Origin: Anaerolineae bacterium
GTDB taxonomy: Bacteria > Chloroflexota > Anaerolineae > B4-G1 > DUEL01
NCBI GenBank assembly: GCA_050049355.1
Contig: JASFWK010000001.1
Coordinates: forward strand, 13,681 to 77,680
Length of the DNA stretch: 64,000 nt
Reading direction: 5' to 3'
Shown here: piece after piece, positions 59,601-64,000 of the stretch
Position numbering within the stretch: position 1 is the stretch's first letter
How the letters are laid out: every line of letters begins with the position of its first letter
Program-made: the position numbers and the translations under genes
The notes under the pieces: model-generated
The model's input: only the letters and a program-made list of their open reading frames with translations
Databases searched by the model: none
What the model was told of the DNA's origin: nothing

Positions 59601-60142
59601 ACGTGGGAGTGGGGAGGCTGGAGGAGGCTCGACATCACCTGGAGATAGCCGAGGTCCAGAGTCGGGATACAGAGCTTCTTCGGTTTGCGGCGGGGACCTA
59701 TCTAGATCTGGGTTGCCTGAACGCAGCACAGGGCGAGTTCGATGAGGCTGAAAGGTACCTTGAAATGGCGCTGGAGGCGGCTGGGCCGGAGCCATCGGAT
59801 GCGTTTCTGGGCCTCCTGCACCGCTGTTGTGGGCAGTTGCAGAGTCGTCGTGGTGATTGGGAGGAGGCAGTAGACCACCTGGAGAGGAGTCTGGAGTTTC
59901 TGGAGCGGACCAACCTGCTGGCGGACGTGGGAAAGACGCGCCTGAGCCTGGGCGCGGCCTACGAGAGTCGTGATGACGAGGGGGACAGGGGGCAAGCGTG
60001 TGAGCAGTTGCTCGCGGCGATGTCGATCTTCCGTCAGATCGAGGCTCGAGGGTACCTCGCTCAAGCGGAGGTGCGGGTGGAGGAGCTACGCTGCACGGCG
60101 CCGCCCACCCACCCAGCTGATGATAGAGAAGAAGGAGGGTAG
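56615..60142 (+). CDS. Multidomain STAND-type signalling protein: double zinc ribbon, class III adenylate/guanylate cyclase, AAA+/NB-ARC ATPase, TPR repeats (GTG start)
   Basis: CPNC...CGMC...CASC...CAQC ribbon; cyclase core (ATVVRADV...FLGDGLMAFFG...GVNTGEV); P-loop GEAGIGKS; long TPR array. Confidence 0.85.
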   Translation: MGCPNCDFESSPRAEFCGMCGTRLSQTCASCDFVNPPDYGFCAQCGSRLSGEPGPTQPSQPRLPAAEAPPSPVELEGERRLATVVRADVRESTSLLERIGSEAWGEIMNCVLQMLGSEICRLGGEVSQFLGDGLMAFFGVTTTHEDDPERAVLAALAMQRAMKAYAAELVEREGIELLLRVGVNTGEVIATTIGDSRQHSEDTALGEAIALAARMESAAEPGTVLVSKNTYRLVQPLFEWEALGEIAVKGISQPVAVYRPLAHKGLPGKARGIAGLESPLVGRRAEFRALQEAVKRLRAGVGGIVTLVGEAGIGKSRLVAELRKEEPGEQDPNLQWVTSGSLSRGTSVAYLPWLDVLRGLLGVTLDDPPASVRDALQERVEGLEDVYPFLARLLSLPLGAEVETTLENVEGERLKVSTFRAVEALIEEVAQERSLVVVLEDLHWADPISIELLKELLALTDRGIPLLFICVFRPETEHGCWDIKETAARFYRHRHMDIWLDPLSAAESEELLGNLLRVEGLPSELGSSVLSHAEGNPLYVEEIIRSLIDGGTIERDEATGGWRAARGVAAIAIPETLHGVLMARIDRLEEGTRRVLKLAAVVGRIFRYRVLAAITHEERELERHLLTLQREEMIRERARVPELEYIFRHHLVHEAAYRSLLRKERRVFHRQVAGALEEFFPERLEEQAGLLARHWERAGEPEKALKYLLQAGDRARRLGASLEAVDFYQRALQSAAELEAGGEGTELHRIHESLGDVYLVNLSRHDEALEHYRSFLASARSEEDVARGARKVAGVHLLRGNLTEARKHYETALDRLRPLLPLAEASRVHFGLSYLLVYRNRLDEAEEQAQAALEIARQVGDTRGLADANKVLGVIAAQRGDLEAACEYDERSLKFYRQLGDLARTAQACNNVGDSYRLLGQMGRALERLEEGLELARRIGDTRDEALLLQTEAELYLDQGEWEEAIAHLEQALPLAERSGAVARMIEVHRILGSAYVGVGRLEEARHHLEIAEVQSRDTELLRFAAGTYLDLGCLNAAQGEFDEAERYLEMALEAAGPEPSDAFLGLLHRCCGQLQSRRGDWEEAVDHLERSLEFLERTNLLADVGKTRLSLGAAYESRDDEGDRGQACEQLLAAMSIFRQIEARGYLAQAEVRVEELRCTAPPTHPADDREEGG

Positions 60143-60144
60143 TC

Positions 60145-60492
60145 ATGAGAGCCGGTGTAGAGTACGAAGGTGTCGTGGCGTTTGCCTTGATCAAGACGGA
60201 ACCCGGGGCGGCCTCACATGTTGCCAAGGAGGCATCGACGTTCCGCTGGGAGAAGAGGGAGGAAGTCCGAGGGGTCCGGTGGGCTGCAGTGATCACGGAT
60301 CTCCACAGGAAGATGGAGCGCCCCTATGACGTGATGGCTGCGATGAGGGTTGAAGACAAGGGTGCCCTCGAAGAGCTGCTGGAGCGGATTCGAGAGATGG
60401 GAGGAGTGGTGAACCCCCTGGTGGTGGGCGTGGACGAACTTTACGGGGACGGAGAGCTGCAGGCGTCATTCGGACACAACGGTTTCCCGTAA
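60145..60492 (+). CDS. Stand-alone Lrp/AsnC ligand-binding (RAM/ACT-like) domain protein, translationally coupled to the cyclase gene
   Basis: Starts 3 nt after the upstream stop; 115 aa with a beta-alpha-beta-beta-alpha-beta-like pattern and no HTH. Confidence 0.55.
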   Translation: MRAGVEYEGVVAFALIKTEPGAASHVAKEASTFRWEKREEVRGVRWAAVITDLHRKMERPYDVMAAMRVEDKGALEELLERIREMGGVVNPLVVGVDELYGDGELQASFGHNGFP

Positions 60493-60521
60493 ACACCAAC
60501 CAGTGGTTCGGGCAGGCGCAC

Positions 60522-60565
60522 GGCCAGTCGTCCGCCAGCCCCCAGCGGACGACTGGCCCTTGTTG
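60522..60565 (+). terminator. Rho-independent terminator
   Basis: Perfect 14-bp GC-rich stem (GGCCAGTCGTCCGC / GCGGACGACTGGCC), 9-nt loop, followed by CTTGTT. Confidence 0.6.
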
Positions 60566-60823
60566 ACCTGCAAGGAGCGATACAGGAGCGTCAGAGGGCG
60601 GTCTTCCACTTTCGCTGTCACCTTGCTCACCTGCCCCGCTCGACGCTCAAAGGCTTTTCTGAGCTCATTTGCCCTGCAGCCGCGATCGCTGTGCGCGCAA
60701 GTCGGCCACAATCGGCTCGCTCACGCGACGGTTGTCCCCGCGGCAAGTGGCTCCAGCTGACGAGTGGATAATCTCGGAGAGACTGCGGTTCATCGAAGAC
60801 GCATAGACAAAAGGAGAGTAGTC

Positions 60824-61261
60824 GTGAAACGGGCATTGACGTTGATTGTGTTGGCCGTTGCCCTTGTGACAGTGATGATCTCGCTGTCATTTCTTCCTGG
60901 GGCGGCCAACGATGCTGTACTAGCGGACTTCACTCCTACGGCGTTCGCGTACTTGCCCGTAGTGAGGAGGGATCCAACACCCACGCCTATACCTCAATCC
61001 AGCGTGTATGTGGAGAACGACACAGGAGGTCAGCTGTGCTATGAGATCTACGGGAGCGGCATTGGTCGGAAATGCTTCTCCTCGGGAACACATCACTATG
61101 GTTCTTTCCCGACTGGCACTTATTCGTGGCACGCCTCAGCCCGGTGTGGATCGGATGGTGGGACCCGTTATTACTCTTCTGGCACGTGGGTTCACAGGTT
61201 CTGGTGTGGTGTTGCTGGTGGCGCCCAATCCGCGCCTTCGTTGCGGCATTTGGAGGAGTAA
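60824..61261 (+). CDS. Small secreted Cys-containing protein (GTG start, RBS AAGGAGAG); N-terminal leader paralogous to that of the GH at 49661
   Basis: MKRALTLIVLAVALV...FTPTAFAYLPVVRRD leader, then a 4-Cys globular region. Confidence 0.6.
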   Translation: MKRALTLIVLAVALVTVMISLSFLPGAANDAVLADFTPTAFAYLPVVRRDPTPTPIPQSSVYVENDTGGQLCYEIYGSGIGRKCFSSGTHHYGSFPTGTYSWHASARCGSDGGTRYYSSGTWVHRFWCGVAGGAQSAPSLRHLEE

Positions 61262-62317
61262 CGTCAGGGGCCTACTGAGACCCTTGGCACAACCTACTCA
61301 AGCATAATACGCGCAGTCCCCGAGGATGCGTTTCTTGGGTGAGCGAGGAGATACTCGGTGCGCGTGAGCAAGCCGCAGACTTGCGAGCGGTGCTGTGAGG
61401 GAGCAGCAGCGGAGTCGACAGATGCGAGGTCCGGAGCCACCGGCGCTGGCGGCCTCGTCTACCGTGTTGTGCCGACATCCTCCCACCTGAGTCGTCTACG
61501 CGGAAGTCTCTGCATAGGTCCCCATATACACAGAAGTGCTCTGAGCTACCCCCCATACATCTGACGATGAGTCCATCAGCGGGGCGTGCGCCGTTTTGCA
61601 CCACGTCTGTTGCGCGATGAAACCACGATGGCTGGGAAGAAAGCGGCGCTCTTGGCGTTTGCGCTGACCACAGCGAGCCATTGCTGGCATCGTTGAGCTG
61701 ACTTCGTGCAGAACATCTGCCTGGAACTGGATTCCTCTCCGCCGCAGTTGGCCGTGGAAGTCATCGCGCAGTCCTACCCAGATGAGCTTCTGACCGGCAA
61801 GAGGGCCACAAGCAGGCGAACGAGCCCAATTCTAGGGATTTTCTAGGGTCTTGCCGGGTGTTACTGTGATACAATGTTGACCCGCCACAGCGTCTGGGTG
61901 CCGAAGGGAGGCTAGGGGCGCTGTGATGAACTGGTCGGGGCGACCAGATTCACGAGCCTCGTTTGGGAGGTCATCCACGCCTGGGCAGAGAAGCTGCGTC
62001 CAGTGTTGACGGGCGCATAAGCCCTGTCAGAGGAGGCGGGCCTAACACCTCGGCGGCTATCGCCGCGGTGAGATCACAGGGCTTTCGCAGGCTGTCCTGA
62101 GAGCTTGCGAGGGCTTGAAGCCACCACCGCCGCGCGAGTCAGCTCGATGGTGCTGAGGGAGTAGCCGACAAGGCTGCGAACCTTGAGGTGGAAGTCCTCT
62201 GGCGTCAGCTACCCGATCCAGACGGCTAGCATATCTGGGACGCAGGAATGCAGGGAGCGATCACCAGCAAACCGCAATCCCCGGAAGGCATAAGCACCCA
62301 GGGGAAAGGAGAGAACC

Positions 62318-62740
62318 ATGTCCGACCGAGAGTATCACGGGAAAGAGGAAGAGAAACAGGAGGAGAAAGGCAGAGGCTGGGACGAGAAGTGGCGTCGTGA
62401 CCCACTCAGTGCCATTGTGTGGGCCACAATCCTCATCTGGGCCGGCGTGGCGATGCTGCTGGCGAATGCGGGGTCTCTGGACAACTGGAGCTTCCTGGGC
62501 TCCCGCCTGCAGGCCTGGTCGGTTGGCTTCATCGGAGCGGGGGTGATCGTCCTTCTGGAGGTAGTAGTCCGCCTGCTCGTGCCTGCCTATCGTCGCGGCG
62601 TGGGAGGCACCCTCGTTTTCGCTGCCATCCTGTTAGGCGTCGGCTTTGGAGAGGTGGTGGGCTGGGAATTGACGGGGGCGTTGATTCTGATCGCCATCGG
62701 CCTGTCTGCATTGCTGAGCGGCCTTCTGCGGCCCCGCTAG
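62318..62740 (+). CDS. Small membrane protein (3-4 TM) with a charged N-terminus
   Basis: 140-aa ORF; RBS GGAAAGGAGAG precedes the ATG. Confidence 0.6.
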   Translation: MSDREYHGKEEEKQEEKGRGWDEKWRRDPLSAIVWATILIWAGVAMLLANAGSLDNWSFLGSRLQAWSVGFIGAGVIVLLEVVVRLLVPAYRRGVGGTLVFAAILLGVGFGEVVGWELTGALILIAIGLSALLSGLLRPR

Positions 62741-63202
62741 ACGATACCGGTCGCCGCGCGCGGGCCCTTCTCGGCTTACCGAGACGGCGCCTCCGGTGTA
62801 TGTTGTGGGCACGACCCTGGGCACGAGTCAAGCACTTTGCCAAAGTGTGTGATTGCCCCTGGAATTCAGGTGCGAGTCAGTTGGCGACTCTCGGGGGGTC
62901 AGGCGTGGGGGCGGCTGAGAACCAGAGAGTCGCCAACTCAAACTTGGCCCTCGGGGAGATTCTTTAGTCCGCCAGAGATAGCGGGTCTTCTCTGTCCTTG
63001 CCCCACTGAGCGCACGCTTGCACCCTCACCCGAGTCTGCCTCACACGCTATCAGAGCGGAGATCTGTTAAGTCGCCTCTCTCCTTCGTACCTCACGGATT
63101 CTCCGGAAGAGGCAGCCGAACCTCTGTTGGCCTCACGGGCTCGGCGCTCTCCTTGCGTCCCGCTCTAAGCTGCTGCGGCCGAGGCGGTCTTGGACCGCTC
63201 GT

Positions 63203-64000
63203 CTATCGAACCTCACGCCGCGGGCGGTACTGAATTGCCTCTGCCAGGTGAGCGGTCTCGATGCGATCGCATCTGGCCAGATCGGCGATCGTGCGTGCGA
63301 GCTTCAGAATGCGGTGGAAGGCCCGCGCGCTCATCTGCAGCTGCTGCATCGCCGCGCGTACCAGAGCTCGTCCCGATTCATCTAGCTGACAGATCTCCCG
63401 CACCTCGGCCGGCCCCATCTCCGCGTTACAGGTCGGGGGTATGTCGGCGAACCTCTCCCACTGAACCGTTCGTGCCTGGTTCACCCGTTCCTGGATGGCC
63501 TCGGATGGCTCCCCGCGCCGCCTGTCGGTCAGTTTGTCGTAGTCCACCCGCGGCACCTCGACGTGAATGTCGATGCGGTCGAGGAGCGGTCCGGAGATGC
63601 GCTTTTGGTAGCGAGTGACAGTGGCTGGGCTGCAGGTGCACTCGCGCACTGGATCTCCCCAGTAGCCGCAGGGGCAGGGGTTCATGGCGGCGATGAGCAT
63701 GAAGCGGGCCGGGAAGGTGAGGGTACCGGTGGAGCGGGCGATTGAGATGTGGCCATCCTCCATCGGCTGGCGCAGTCCCTCCAGGGTGCGCCTGCCGAAC
63801 TCAGGCAGTTCATCCAGGAAGAGGACTCCTCGGTGGGCGAGGCTGACCTCGCCGGGAGGTGGCCAGTGGCCGCCGCCGACCAGCCCAGCGTGGCTGATGA
63901 TGTGGTGAGGGGCACGGAACGGACGGTGACGGATCAGGGGGACATCTGAGGGAAGGAGACCGGAGACGCTGTAGATCTTGGTCACTTCCAGCGCCTCATC
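63203..64000 (-). CDS. comM: YifB/ComM-family Mg-chelatase-like AAA+ ATPase, C-terminal part (N-terminus beyond window end)
   Basis: Sensor 2 / arginine-finger region (...GVLFLDELPEF...RFMLIAAMNPCPCGY...) and C-terminal helical domain. Confidence 0.85.
   Translation of the reverse strand, partial: DEALEVTKIYSVSGLLPSDVPLIRHRPFRAPHHIISHAGLVGGGHWPPPGEVSLAHRGVLFLDELPEFGRRTLEGLRQPMEDGHISIARSTGTLTFPARFMLIAAMNPCPCGYWGDPVRECTCSPATVTRYQKRISGPLLDRIDIHVEVPRVDYDKLTDRRRGEPSEAIQERVNQARTVQWERFADIPPTCNAEMGPAEVREICQLDESGRALVRAAMQQLQMSARAFHRILKLARTIADLARCDRIETAHLAEAIQYRPRREVR
63279..63414. repeat. Copy B of the ~136-bp comM 3'-end repeat (copy A at 54027-54162, ~85% identity)
   Basis: Direct alignment of the two segments; both are on the same strand. 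Confidence 0.7.

Noticed and set aside
61262-62317. RNase P RNA, tmRNA or cobalamin riboswitch
   Set aside because: The conserved cores (GGAAAGTCCGG..., tmRNA 3' tRNA-like end, B12-box GCCACTG) are absent.
1-64000. CRISPR arrays, rRNA genes, IS elements with terminal inverted repeats
   Set aside because: No regularly spaced direct repeats, rRNA-like conserved stretches or transposase ORFs were found by eye. The only mobile-element signature is the comM 3'-end duplication.

Overview
High-GC (~63%) bacterial chromosome segment that starts at the replication origin. A 5'-partial dnaA is followed by an oriC with at least 5-6 DnaA boxes and an AT-rich unwinding element; dnaN does not follow. Gene content (alaS-ruvX-mltG block, fni/GGPP-synthase, thyX, many Pro/Thr-linker exoproteins) and composition suggest a Chloroflexota-like organism; this is inference. 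Most of the window is ordinary core and accessory metabolism: ABC exporters, an MFS transporter, peptidases, and an isoprenoid operon. Several parts stand out:
- a low-GC two-gene insert directly beside oriC;
- a minus-strand cNMP-binding / MinD-like ATPase / zinc-ribbon / wHTH operon;
- an ECF-sigma / anti-sigma locus driving three membrane-anchored Pro/Thr-rich exoproteins, two of which share an unrecognised 6-Cys N-terminal domain and unusual C-terminal anchor motifs;
- an orphan Pol-beta-type nucleotidyltransferase-like protein (GS...DxD...hEh) beside a stand-alone ACP and a GIY-YIG/Nudix fusion;
- a secreted-hydrolase cluster (M6 InhA, S1 protease, C92 amidase, GH5-like hydrolase, CapA);
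- a ~9 kb segment (54.2-63.2 kb) bounded by a duplicated, diverged copy of the 3' end of yifB/comM, the signature of an island integrated into comM. Its cargo is a GAF-PAS-PP2C phosphatase, a zinc-ribbon/adenylate-cyclase/AAA+/TPR STAND protein, a coupled Lrp-ligand-domain protein, a small secreted Cys protein and ~1 kb of non-coding DNA.
No rRNA, tRNA or CRISPR arrays were recognised by eye.
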